NCBI RefSeq assembly: GCF_001194135.2
Contig: NC_069001.1
Span: 11,004,386-11,038,931 of the forward strand
Direction: 5' to 3'
DNA length: 34,546 nt
From: Octopus bimaculoides
Taxonomy: Eukaryota
Below are positions 12,200-23,528 of this stretch, piece by piece (positions within the stretch are counted from its first letter, which is position 1; each line of letters starts with the position of its first letter). The position numbers and the translations under genes were made by a program. A model generated the notes under the pieces. That model made no database searches, was not told the origin of the DNA, and was given only the letters and a program-made list of their open reading frames with translations.

Positions 12200-12587
12200 C
12201 CATTCAGAACATTCTAAAGCACCCCCAGGCATAAAACCTGGCGATGGGCCCGTGTCTAGCCAACGAGTCTAATTCGAAACTGGGATGCGTCCTGTTACTT
12301 GTATCATTCAGGAGCGCCAGCTCGGACTGTTTGGCCGTGTTGTTTGATTTTCCAAGCTAGACCCTGCTTATCTTGTTCTCTTCACTGAGGACCCTGTTGG
12401 GTTGAGGCATGTGTTGGTCGACCACACATACCACATGGTCACTGCAGATGAGGAAGTATGTCGTGGGGATGCGGACTGACTAGGACACGACGGGTCGCCG
12501 GGAGGACCTGAGAATACACCGACAAATGGCGAATGCAGGTAACGCAATGCATCGGCGCATGCGCCATCATTTGATCTGACCTGACCT
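12200..12587 (+). mobile_element. RTE-clade LINE, 5'-truncated 3' end (decayed ORF C-terminus and tail)
   Basis: Translation VSSQRV*FETGMRPVTCIIQERQLGLFGRVV*FSKLDPAYLVL..DP...GRPH matches the RTE C-terminal pattern VSN..V...I..RQLR.FGHV.R...P...R.RGRP. Ends in a (TGACC)n tail, TGATCTGACCTGACCT. Confidence 0.8.
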
Positions 12588-12807
12588 CCCTACATTGGTC
12601 AATTACCAGTTTTCAATATAGTGTCACGTACAAGCTTTTGTTTTTATGCTCTCTGTATGTGTTCCGTCAATCATTGTGATGTTAGTAGATTTGACAAGGA
12701 GGGTAGCGAACAGAGCTATTCTGCGAGCGTAATTCCTGGTCTCAAGAATTTCACTCTCGACACAGTGCATCACCTGCTAGTTACCACGGTCGTCTTTGAC
12801 AATCATT

Positions 12808-12915
12808 AAGGGAAGAGTCGACCTCGGTGGAATTTGAACTCAGAACATAAAGACAGATGAAATACCGCTAAACATATCGCCCGGCGTGCTAACGTTTCTG
12901 CCAGCTCCCCGCCTT
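12808..12915 (-). mobile_element. Family B SINE, 5' part
   Basis: Reverse complement reads GGCGGGGAGCTGGCAGAAACGTTAGCACGCCGGGCG...GAGTTCAAATTCCACCGAGGTCGAC. Confidence 0.85.
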
Positions 12916-12929
12916 TCCTTTATATCATA

Positions 12930-13070
12930 TTGCTGTCTTGAAGAAGGACACTTTAGATAATGTGGTTCTGATTTCACTGTGATATGAGAATGACGAGATG
13001 GTCACGGTTTGATCGTCTTTACTGACTAGCGCACTTGTTAGAGTTGAATCTGGGGCTAAATAACAAAAGT
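12930..13070 (+). repeat. Family E 3' portion ending CTGGGGCTAAATAACAA
   Basis: Shares GATGGTCACGG with 10003-10030 and CTGGGGCTAAA with 21258-21270. Confidence 0.55.
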
Positions 13071-13220
13071 AAGATAGAAAACTCCCAGCAGTATCAACAA
13101 CCAAATCTTCAAACCATCCCCTACTATGCTCCGAACGGAACCAGGAGACATATTTCTCAGTGTACAAGACAAACGAGGTGGTCACTACTGGAATGTCAGG
13201 TCTTCTTTCATTAGGAATGG

Positions 13221-13608
13221 CTTGTTTGTTGGCACTCCGTCGCTTGCGACGTCGAGGGTTCCAGTTGGTCCGATCAACGAAACAGCCTGCTCGTGAAATT
13301 AACGTGCAAGTGGTTGAGCATTCCACAGACACGTGTAGCCTTTACGTAGTTCTCGGGGATATTCAGCGTGACACAGAGTATGACAAGGCTGACCCTTTGA
13401 ATTACAGGCACAACAGAAACAGAAAGTAAAAGTGAGAGAAAGTTGTGATGAAAGAGTACAGCAGGGTTCGCCACCATCCCCTGCCGGAGCCTCTTGGAAC
13501 TTTAGGTGTTTTCGCTCAATAAACACTCACAACGCCCTGTCTGGGAATCGAAACCACGATCCTATGACCGCGAGTCCGCTGCCCTAACCACTGGGCCATT
13601 GCACCTTC
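13221..13608 (-). mobile_element. tRNA-derived SINE, family D, full length
   Basis: Minus-strand head GGTGCAATGGCCCAGTGGTTAGGGCAGCGGACTCGCGGTC...GGTTTCGATTCCCAG (A- and B-box-like). The 3' module GCTGAAT..CC.GAGAACTAC...GTCTGTGGA.TGCTCA.CCACTTGCACGTTAATTTCACGAGCAG is shared with 27661 and 31662; (CAA)-like tail. Confidence 0.85.
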
Positions 13609-14786
13609 ATATATATATATATATTGCCATATGCCATTGCGCCTCCACAGGAATGGCTTGAAGGTAAAGCATAAAACAACATCGACAGACCCGTCATAAA
13701 TGTCTCGAATTGCGGATGGCTTGTATTCGGAAAATACTGGCAACCAAGCTAATCCTTTTTGTGTGAGATTTATATCGAGTGATATGAATGTTATTAAATG
13801 GAGACTAACCGCTTACAATCCAAAGTGCAGCTTCGTGTGTTGTGTGTACACATAAATGATACACACATGTAATATAATTAATTTTTACACACACACACAC
13901 ATATTCTTTTACACGCGCTCTCTTTCTAACACACGTGCGCGCGAGAATCGCTACTTAGTCTAATTGTTTCTTATCTGGAATATTGCACTGAATAAATGGA
14001 CATTGGGATTTGAATGTATTAGTCTATACTGCCAGCCTCTGTGTGCGTGTGTTTAATTAAGGACAGTCAGACACTGGAATTCAGTTATAATTCTCTAAGA
14101 ACAGCTTCAAGCAATGATTATTAAATGAGACTAATTTTACGGAGAATCGGATAGAGTAAACCATCTTGTGTCATTGTGTTTATCTTGTGAGAGAGACGGC
14201 TTTCTATTTCGTGCAGGTTTCTATCAACGTAAGGAGAGAGAGAGGCGATACAAATTAGCTTATGGTCCCCTGATATACACATCTATCATTTTTCCTTTCG
14301 ATGTATCAAATCAGCTTCGACTGGACTAACTGTATGACTCCTTACTTTTTCTCGCTCTTCACGTTTTACTCTGTGTGTGTGTGTGTGTGCTGTTTATTAT
14401 CCATTCCATTACCAATAAACCACTAAATGTTATGTTACTGCTCCTTCTTGTTATACTGCTGTTATTTGCTGCTACGACCACTGTCGCTGTTTATCGATCT
14501 TTTCTTGGCCGCTGAACATACACACACACACACACGTTATCCAGTATGAGTGTGTGCATTCAATTTCTGTAAGAGCTTTTGATTTAACACCTTCCCCCCC
14601 CCCGCCTCCCATCGTCGCCTGTGAATACACTTTTCCTCCTCGTCATAAAGGTAATATGTGTGTGTGTACGCGCGCGTATAATATATATGTATATATATAT
14701 ATATATACAATTGCATCGTGGAAGGTATTTATAAGCCATTTAAAATACACAAAAGCCGTCAGATTCACTTCAACATTTAAATTTAA

Positions 14787-14837
14787 TTTGTCAAAATATT
14801 TCCGTCGCTTTGAAACCGCGACCTGTTCACTGACAAA
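14787..14837 (-). ncRNA. Candidate minimal type I hammerhead ribozyme with variant core GUGAACA (G3:C8)
   Basis: Minus strand: UUUGUCA [stem I] GUGAACA G GUCGC ggUUUCAAA GCGAC [stem II] GGA AAUAUU [palindromic stem III] U / UGACAAA [stem I']. Stem I (7 bp) and stem II (5 bp) are perfectly paired. Confidence 0.6.
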
Positions 14838-14864
14838 ATTCTGTTTTATATATATATATATAAC

Positions 14865-15047
14865 AAATAATAAATGAGTATATGCATATATACGTACAAG
14901 TATGTACATATCTGGGTACAGGACATTGCAAACAAAACGTAGACAAAAAAATAATAATAGCCAGAGTACAGAAAACACACAGGCCACATAGAGAACATTT
15001 TCCTTCATCAGCTGCCCCCATTCTAACACAAGGCGTTTCGAAGAGTG
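14865..15047 (-). repeat. Family X copy 3
   Basis: Minus strand CTCTTCGAAACGCCTTGTGTTAGAATGGGGGCAGCTGATGAAGGAAAATGTTCTCTATGTGGCCTG...GTCCTGTACCCAGATATG. Confidence 0.7.
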
Positions 15048-16079
15048 ATATATGTATATAAATATTAGTTATAGAATAAAAAGACTGGGTTAACGACCCA
15101 ACATATCACACCACCTCCATGAACATATATAAGAAATACAACATAATCCGTCAAACATTAGGAATAAGAAGTCCTTTTTATTCTATAACTAATATTTTAC
15201 TCTTGTTTCAATTATTCTGAGCACTTCTCCTTGCAGCCCTGTATAAAAATCTATTGGTTTCCTAATAAGAAACCATTAATATTATATATATTTATATATA
15301 TATACACACAAACATACACATACGTGTGTGTGCAGGAGAGAGAGAGAGGCGTATTCTCGCGCGCGCACTCACTCATAGTTATCCGAATTGTCAGGTTACA
15401 CGTGTTGTAAACATGAGTGCGTCACACACACCATGGGCAGATAACTCTTGCGAGCATTGGATCCCGTTTTCTTGTTTACATATTCTTTCTCTCGCCGTCA
15501 CATTCACTTTCTCTTCCTCTATCCCTCTACCACCCCTCTCTCTCTCCCTCCCCCTCTCTCTCTTTCTCTCTCTCCCTCCTCCTCTCTCTTTCTCTCTCTC
15601 CCTCTACCCCTCCCTCTTTCTCTCTCTGAACAAATGTGATGGAAATAAGCTTCGAAAACTCATTAATATAAACGACCCAGCTAGGTTAACTTCTACACGG
15701 ACAATCCATTGATATAGCAGCCGTATCTCTTAAACCATTATTACTCTCTTAATATAGAAATATAATATAATATGATATAATATAATTATAATATAATATA
15801 ACGTTTGTGGTGTGGTGTGTGGTTAAAAAAAAATACAAAGCTAGTCACGGGATTTTGTGCTCGGCCAGGGCCTAAACAAACAGCATGTGGCTTTTATTAT
15901 GATTTAATGAAAAGAAAGGAATTTCTGATGATTGTCCTACAGGGACATCTGTAGAAATAGCAGAGATGTTCACTTTTGATATATTTATTTTCGTTCTCTG
16001 CATCCTGAGTTCTAATTTCTAATGCTATTGGTATGCACTTAGCTAATAATATTCGTTACAAGTAACAAATAAACCATTG

Positions 16080-16345
16080 TGGTCGTTGAACCTGCTAGAA
16101 GAAGCTAAATCTTCTTTTTAAATCACATCTATAGGTTATTAAAAATAAAAAAGGAAAAAACAAAAGCAAGATGCGTTGGATAGTGTAGAATGGTTTATAT
16201 AGTAACAGAACAAAATATGGAGCAGTGGTCGTTGTTTGAATGTCTTTTCACCCTTTGCCAAATAACGAAAAGAAGTCAATAAAGGATCCGTTATCTAGTC
16301 GCTCGGTCTGCTAGATATAGTAGCCAAATCTCCCTCAGATCAAAC
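16080..16345 (+). repeat. Two tandem family E copies
   Basis: GAACCTGCTAGAAGAAGCTAAATCTTC...GGATAGTGTAG...GTGGTCGTTGTTTGAATG, then GTCGCTCGGTCTGCTAGATATAGTAGCCAAATCTCCCTCAGATC. Confidence 0.6.
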
Positions 16346-18296
16346 CTGTTTCATCTGGTAGACTTGTGTGAGCGCAGGGAAATAAAATAAAAAACTATTT
16401 GGCTGTCTTACGTTGTGTATTCAAATCCCTTCGATTTTTACTTTCCTTCATCTTTCTGAGTTCGATTAAATAAAGTACTTGTCACATATTGTGGTCGATT
16501 TACTTACTATCTCTATAATGCATAAATCTTTTAAAAAATTCTGATCGTAATTATAATAGAAGACATAAGGGNNNNNNNNNNNNNNNNNNNNNNNNNNNNN
16601 NNNNNNNNNNNNNNNNNNNNNNNNNNNNNNNNNNNNNNNNNNNNNNNNNNNNNNNNNNNNNNNNNNNNNNNNNNNNNNNNNNNNNNNNNNNNNNNNNNNN
16701 NNNNNNNNNNNNNNNNNNNNNNNNNNNNNNNNNNNNNNNNNNNNNNNNNNNNNNNNNNNNNNNNNNNNNNNNNNNNNNNNNNNNNNNNNNNNNNNNNNNN
16801 NNNNNNNNNNNNNNNNNNNNNNNNNNNNNNNNNNNNNNNNNNNNNNNNNNNNNNNNNNNNNNNNNNNNNNNNNNNNNNNNNNNNNNNNNNNNNNNNNNNN
16901 NNNNNNNNNNNNNNNNNNNNNNNNNNNNNNNNNNNNNNNNNNNNNNNNNNNNNNNNNNNNNNNNNNNNNNNNNNNNNNNNNNNNNNNNNNNNNNNNNNNN
17001 NNNNNNNNNNNNNNNNNNNNNNNNNNNNNNNNNNNNNNNNNNNNNNNNNNNNNNNNNNNNNNNNNNNNNNNNNNNNNNNNNNNNNNNNNNNNNNNNNNNN
17101 NNNNNNNNNNNNNNNNNNNNNNNNNNNNNNNNNNNNNNNNNNNNNNNNNNNNNNNNNNNNNNNNNNNNNNNNNNNNNNNNNNNNNNNNNNNNNNNNNNNN
17201 NNNNNNNNNGGCTTAGTAGAGAGGAGAGGATTGATTGGGGGAGAGAAAGGGGCTTCAGGAACAGAGAAGGGTGAGCTCCTTCGTTTCTTGTTCCCCCTTT
17301 TCTCCTCCTCTCCGCATTTGCCATCACCGCCACCACTATCTTTCGCCATCAAATGTATTTTCTATTTTCAAATGGGATTTACTTGGAGGATGGGGTCAGA
17401 AGGAAATATTTAATTAAACCTTTATTACTTTGTAGCTCTGTCTAGCTCTCACTTGTGTGTGTGTGTGTGTCTGTGTAGTATTCTTTTTTATTGATATTTG
17501 TTTAGCTTTGCTGTGTGTGTGTATGCGTGTGTCGTTGTTGTACTTGTATGGTTTTATTATTGTTACTACTGTTTAATTCGTTTGTATATGTGTAATGTAT
17601 AATTTTACCCCTTCGTCTCTCCTCCTCCTTCACCGATAACATTTCTGTTCGGATAAGTGGGAGGGGAAGTTAATTAAATGAAATGAAGACAAACTTTTAA
17701 TACAACCGAGAGTGAAATGAAATCAATATTGACCATACGAACAACAACAGTAGTAGTAGTAGCAGTGTGTGTGTATGTATGTATGTATATACAAGTAAGG
17801 TTGATTTTCCAGAGTATGTGTGTATGTGTAAATAAAATATATTGGCCGTTTTCATATGGTCTTTCTGTCAGATGGAGATAAATTTTCTGATTTCTTTCCC
17901 CCGTCTCTCTCTCTGTCTTTCCCCCCTCTCGCCTTCTTTGTTTCTCCATTTTTCTCTCTTTCCCCCCCTCTCTCTCTCTCTCACTATAACTCATGTCGTC
18001 CTTTCATGTAATCTTCGCTTATACGATCGTAATTTANNNNNNNNNNNNNNNNNNNNNNNNNNNNNNNNNNNNNNNNNNNNNNNNNNNNNNNNNNNNNNNN
18101 NNNNNNNNNNNNNNNNNNNNNNNNNNNNNNNNNNNNNNNNNNNNNNNNNNNNNNNNNNNNNNNNNNNNNNNNNNNNNNNNNNNNNNNNNNNNNNNNNNNN
18201 NNNNNNNNNNNNNNNNNNNNNNNNNNNNNNNNNNNNNNNNNNNNNNNNNNNNNNNNNNNNNNNNNNNNNNNNNNNNNNNNNNNNNNNNNNNNNNNN

Positions 18297-18512
18297 AACG
18301 TTAGCACGCCGGGCGAAATGCTTAGCGGTATTTCGTCTGCCGCTACGTTCTGAGTTCAAATTCCGCCGAGGTCGACTTTGCCTTTCATCCTTTCGGGGTC
18401 GATTAAATAAGTACCAGTTACGCACTGGGGTCGATGTAATCGACTTAATCCGTTTGTCTGTCCTTGTTTGTCGCCTCTCTATGTAGCCCCTTGTGGGTAG
18501 TAAAAAAATAAC
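18297..18512 (+). mobile_element. tRNA-derived SINE, family B (Deu/Nin-like central domain); head cut by a gap
   Basis: B-box-like GAGTTCAAATTCC followed by GCCTTTCATCCTTTCGGGGTCGATTAAATAAGTACCAG, which resembles the Deu/Nin domain from memory. About 95% identical by eye to 23826-24055. Confidence 0.88.
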
Positions 18513-20935
18513 ACATACATACACGGTATATTCTGTGTCGGGGAAATAATATAAAGAGTTCATATTTTTTGCTGCGAAAAACAAACTCTATATCATTTCT
18601 AGCTGATCTCTTCACAACCGAAGTGCATTCACTTAGTCAATATAATCTCTCTCTCTCCCCCTTTATCTCTCTCTCTCTCTTTTACATTCTTTTGCTAAAC
18701 CCAAGATTTAATCTTTATATTCTGTTGTGGATTAAATATAAACAAATATGTTTCTATGTTCTCTTAAACTTTAATGAATTCTACATGTTCAAATTTTCAT
18801 GCATTTTATTTATTTATCTGTTTTACCTATTTATATTTCTCCTTCTTTCGTTNNNNNNNNNNNNNNNNNNNNNNNNNNNNNNNNNNNNNNNNNNNNNNNN
18901 NNNNNNNNNNNNNNNNNNNNNNNNNNNNNNNNNNNNNNNNNNNNNNNNNNNNNNNNNNNNNNNNNNNNNNNNNNNNNNNNNNNNNNNNNNNNNNNNNNNN
19001 NNNNNNNNNNNNNNNNNNNNNNNNNNNNNNNNNNNNNNNNNNNNNNNNNNNNNNNNNNNNNNNNNNNNNNNNNNNNNNNNNNNNNNNNNNNNNNNNNNNN
19101 NNNNNNNNNNNNNNNNNNNNNNNNNNNNNNNNNNNNNNNNNNNNNNNNNNNNNNNNNNNNNNNNNNNNNNNNNNNNNNNNNNNNNNNNNNNNNNNNNNNN
19201 NNNNNNNNNNNNNNNNNNNNNNNNNNNNNNNNNNNNNNNNNNNNNNNNNNNNNNNNNNNNNNNNNNNNNNNNNNNNNNNNNNNNNNNNNNNNNNNNNNNN
19301 NNNNNNNNNNNNNNNNNNNNNNNNNNNNNNNNNNNNNNNNNNNNNNNNNNNNNNNNNNNNNNNNNNNNNNNNNNNNNNNNNNNNNNNNNNNNNNNNNNNN
19401 NNNNNNNNNNNNNNNNNNNNNNNNNNNNNNNNNNNNNNNNNNNNNNNNNNNNNNNNNNNNNNNNNNNNNNNNNNNNNNNNNNNNNNNNNNNNNNNNNNNN
19501 NNNNNNNNNNNNNNNNNNNNNNNNNNNNNNNNNNNNNNNNNNNNNNNNNNNNNNNNNNNNNNNNNNNNNNNNNNNNNNNNNNNNNNNNNNNNNNNNNNNN
19601 NNNNNNNNNNNNNNNNNNNNNNNNNNNNNNNNNNNNNNNNNNNNNNNNNNNNNNNNNNNNNNNNNNNNNNNNNNNNNNNNNNNNNNNNNNNNNNNNNNNN
19701 NNNNNNNNNNNNNNNNNNNACAACATCTGTTTCAACACACGATTTCACATAAAAAATCTTGCAAAACAAATATGTATATATATTTTGTTTTTGTTTTTTG
19801 TTTTTTGGGGTTTTTTTTAAATTTCTTATCAGGGGAGGAAAAAGTACTCGGAAAAAAAAAAGAATTAAAATCATTTTGAACATACAGTTTTTTTTTGGGG
19901 TTTTCTTTTTTTCATTTTATATACATACATACAAACATCTATATATATATATATATATAAATATATCTATTTTTCATTGATGTTTTTTTTTTCCTTTTTG
20001 CCACACCTAAAATTCTCACTTTTTTCCTCTTGTCTATACTTCAGATAAACACACACACACATATATATATACAATTATGCTTTCATTATAATTTCTTACT
20101 GCTTTCATATTCCATCTTTGTATCTCCTCCCACATACTTGTACATACATACATACGTATATATACATACATATATATATTTATGAACTCTTTCTCGGGGT
20201 GAACTGCATTATTCTCTGTATATACAGTCCCATTCAACACTATCTTGCATCCCTTCAGCATAGCTCATGTACAACCTCTCTCTTCCATTACAATCAACAA
20301 CAAAAAATATCAAGCCAGTGACTGAATTTGTTTGTTGTGTGTCTCATAGCAACCAAATTTCCCTCTTCTTGATTTCCTCATGAACATCTCCAAGAACGAA
20401 CAACATGCTCTGCGCTATAAACCCTCTCATTACATCGAACATCTCTGCTCATCACACTGCTCACTCAGGACTGACCTCGGGTTGTAATGGAGTGAGCTGC
20501 AAAGAGAACCATCAGTGTTTCGCTTGTGGTTTGCAAAGTTTTGTTGTCTTGTATTTCCAACAGCCTTACTCACACTACAAGATTTCTGAACCAGCCAGCT
20601 ACTCCTTGATACCTTCATCTGCTAGAAATAAGTCATATTCCCCTATCACATTCAGAACTATCATTTAAATCTCACCTAAGAATACATTTGCTAACATAGT
20701 TTTAGATATCTCCAGAAATGTTGGGTGCTGTCATTTGATATCCTCTTGGGGTGACCAGCATATTTAATACCATGGTAGCAGCTTTTGTATAGATGCCTGT
20801 CTGTCTTGAAGTCTCATATCTCTGTTCCTCCTTATTTCAAATTGGAACTGGTTTACCTTGGCCACCCTTTATTTCTGACTTTGGAAACGGCATCAAAGCT
20901 TCATCTTTTACATCTCAGACCTAGTAAAACATTAA

Positions 20936-21156
20936 CCTTTTAGTGTTCACATTATTCTGCCATAATTAATGCTTTTTTATCCACATTGTTTTGAACTAAT
21001 CATGCATTAACTCGTAGCTATGAGATTTTGATGAGGTAGCTGTTAATTTTTAAAACGATATTGTAGTGTTGGTGTGAGAGACCAGATCTGACCAGTTTGA
21101 ACATAGAATAGGCAGAATACTTTTGGCCGGATATGGCCGGTTTAAATGCTAAAGGG
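20936..21156. mobile_element. piggyBac-type MITE (221 bp) with TTAA target duplication
   Basis: TTAA (20932-20935) | CCTTTTAGTGTT ... AATGCTAAAGGG | TTAA (21157-21160). Confidence 0.88.
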
Positions 21157-21407
21157 TTAAGGTCTTAACGTATTTCTGAGAAGATCTTTTTTAATAAAAG
21201 CTGAGAATGATCATCATTGGAATTCTGTTTATAAAGGTCTGGTTGACTCAGTGTTGACCTGGGGCTAAAGAGTAACAGCAAGCATAAGATTCATAACAGT
21301 GTGATGGCTACAGGGAAGGGTTGGACAGGTTGTGGTGGTGGTGGTGTTGGTGGTAGTGATGGCTCTTGTGATTAATTTGGGACATTTTCTTTCACCACAT
21401 TCAAACA

Positions 21408-21444
<37 letters not shown>

Positions 21445-21739
21445 GTTTGTGTGTGTGTGTGATAATTAATTAGTTGGTAATTAAGCAAATATAGATCAAT
21501 GAACGTTTGTGTAATTTAAAACTGTGATGCATGGATACTGATGAAACAAAAATATATCAAAAATAATTAAAAAAAAAAAGGGAAACCTTGTTAATTTTCT
21601 TTGCTGTAATGCCACCCCTCCCTGTATCTTTCTGTCAATATTAATTTTGTATGTACATGTATGTGAACTGTTCACACATACACACACACAGACACACACA
21701 CACACACACACATTCATACACATATACTAACTATACATA

Positions 21740-21930
21740 CAAGGGTGTCACCAAAGGCCAGGTTGGAGGCCCAGCTTTCCGAGGTCTTTTACAGAGCTTA
21801 GGAAAACCGAAGGACCTCTGCATTTAGTATGTGAATCTGAGAGGGGAACATGCTGAATAAAATCATAATTAAACAATCCTCCTGTATTTTCTTTTACCCA
21901 AAGCCAGGAACTTTCCAGTACTCCCTCGTA
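21740..21930 (+). mobile_element. Mariner/Tc1 element right end: transposase C-terminus, right TIR and TA
   Basis: Translation LLQSLGKPKDLCI*YVNLRGEHAE* resembles the mariner terminus F..G..KL..R..KC....G.Y.E*. Ends AAAGCCAGGAACTTTCCAGTACTCCCTCG|TA (21929-21930). Confidence 0.8.
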
Positions 21931-21959
21931 CGTATATATTTATACGTCCGATATATATG

Positions 21960-22070
21960 GATAGTAGAAGTGATAGAATCGTTGGATAACATGGCTTTGT
22001 GGCATTTGGTTACATTGTTGAGTTCAGATCCAGTCTGGTCCACTTAGTCTTTCTCATCTTTCAATGTTGA
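21960..22070 (+). mobile_element. Very degenerate family B-like SINE head
   Basis: GAATCGTTGG...GAGTTCAGATCC...CTTTCTCATCTTTC aligns loosely to the family B head and core. Confidence 0.45.
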
Positions 22071-22393
22071 ATACAAATTGTACAAAACCGTGATGCAGTC
22101 AACTAAAAGGCAGTGCTAAACACAAACACATACACACGATCTGTTTTAGTAAAGAAAAAAAAAGTGCTCAATATTATGTTGGATGTAGAGTTGGACCTGT
22201 GGGTTCATTCACTGGGTTCTCCACTAGACTGTTATGAACCATGGAGCAATATATTTCCTGGCTCAGAGTTGTCGATGTTGGATTGAGAGGTTGTTTAAAC
22301 AAAACAGCATTTGTGGAAGTACAAATCTCTGTTTATACCTCACATACATACATTAACATATAAGTGTCTTCATATATATATACATATATATAT

Positions 22394-22485
22394 ATCATCA
22401 TCATCGTCTCAAGTCCGTTTCCTATGCTAGCATGGGTTGGACGGTTCGACTGGGGTCTGGGAAGCCAGGGGCCTGCACCAGGCTC
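22394..22485 (-). mobile_element. Family C 3' fragment (further weak fragments at about 33147-33205 and 33770-33805)
   Basis: (ATC)n followed by CCGTTTCCTATGCTAGCATGGGTTGGACG. Confidence 0.75.
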
Positions 22486-22487
22486 AT

Positions 22488-22536
<49 letters not shown>

Positions 22537-23528
22537 NNNNNNNNNNNNNNNNNNNNNNNNNNNNNNNNNNNNNNNNNNNNNNNNNNNNNNNNNNNNNNNN
22601 NNNNNNNNNNNNNNNNNNNNNNNNNNNNNNNNNNNNNNNNNNNNNNNNNNNNNNNNNNNNNNNNNNNNNNNNNNNNNNNNNNNNNNNNNNNNNNNNNNNN
22701 NNNNNNNNNNNNNNNNNNNNNNNNNNNNNNNNNNNNNNNNNNNNNNNNNNNNNNNNNNNNNNNNNNNNNNNNNNNNNNNNNNNNNNNNNNNNNNNNNNNN
22801 NNNNNNNNNNNNNNNNNNNNNNNNNNNNNNNNNNNNNNNNNNNNNNNNNNNNNNNNNNNNNNNNNNNNNNNNNNNNNNNNNNNNNNNNNNNNNNNNNNNN
22901 NNNNNNNNNNNNNNNNNNNNNNNNNNNNNNNNNNNNNNNNNNNNNNNNNNNNNNNNNNNNNNNNNNNNNNNNNNNNNNNNNNNNNNNNNNNNNNNNNNNN
23001 NNNNNNNNNNNNNNNNNNNNNNNNNNNNNNNNNNNNNNNNNNNNNNNNNNNNNNNNNNNNNNNNNNNNNNNNNNNNNNNNNNNNNNNNNNNNNNNNNNNN
23101 NNNNNNNNNNNNNNNNNNNNNNNNNNNNNNNNNNNNNNNNNNNNNNNNNNNNNNNNNNNNNNNNNNNNNNNNNNNNNNNNNNNNNNNNNNNNNNNNNNNN
23201 NNNNNNNNNNNNNNNNNNNNNNNNNNNNNNNNNNNNNNNNNNNNNNNNNNNNNNNNNNNNNNNNNNNNNNNNNNNNNNNNNNNNNNNNNNNNNNNNNNNN
23301 NNNNNNNNNNNNGGAAACCTCAGGCAGAATTTATATCACACCGAACGTGACAAAACTTGCCTTTTTTGGTAGTGCCTACGCAGTTTCCATGTGGTTGAGT
23401 TAATTGAAGATACATGCTCAAGGGGCTACTCAGTAACATCAAGTTCTGTACCCTCATGAGTGTCAAGTGGACTAATTAACAAATTACCATACATAGATCT
23501 TACACAGACATGCACATCTCACACATGC

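Noticed and set aside
13535-13608. Genuine tRNA gene (also the heads at about 900-973, 23826 and 27661)
   Set aside because: The heads continue into SINE bodies and do not form a complete cloverleaf with an acceptor stem.
15925-15965. Hammerhead on plus (CUGAUGA...GAAA with internal hairpins)
   Set aside because: Either possible stem II leaves about 6 unpaired nt against the core, and the GAAA belongs to a family E motif.
20270-20925. Decayed LINE RT or transposase fragment
   Set aside because: Only scattered, frame-inconsistent hints; no diagnostic motif could be aligned. BLASTX would settle it.
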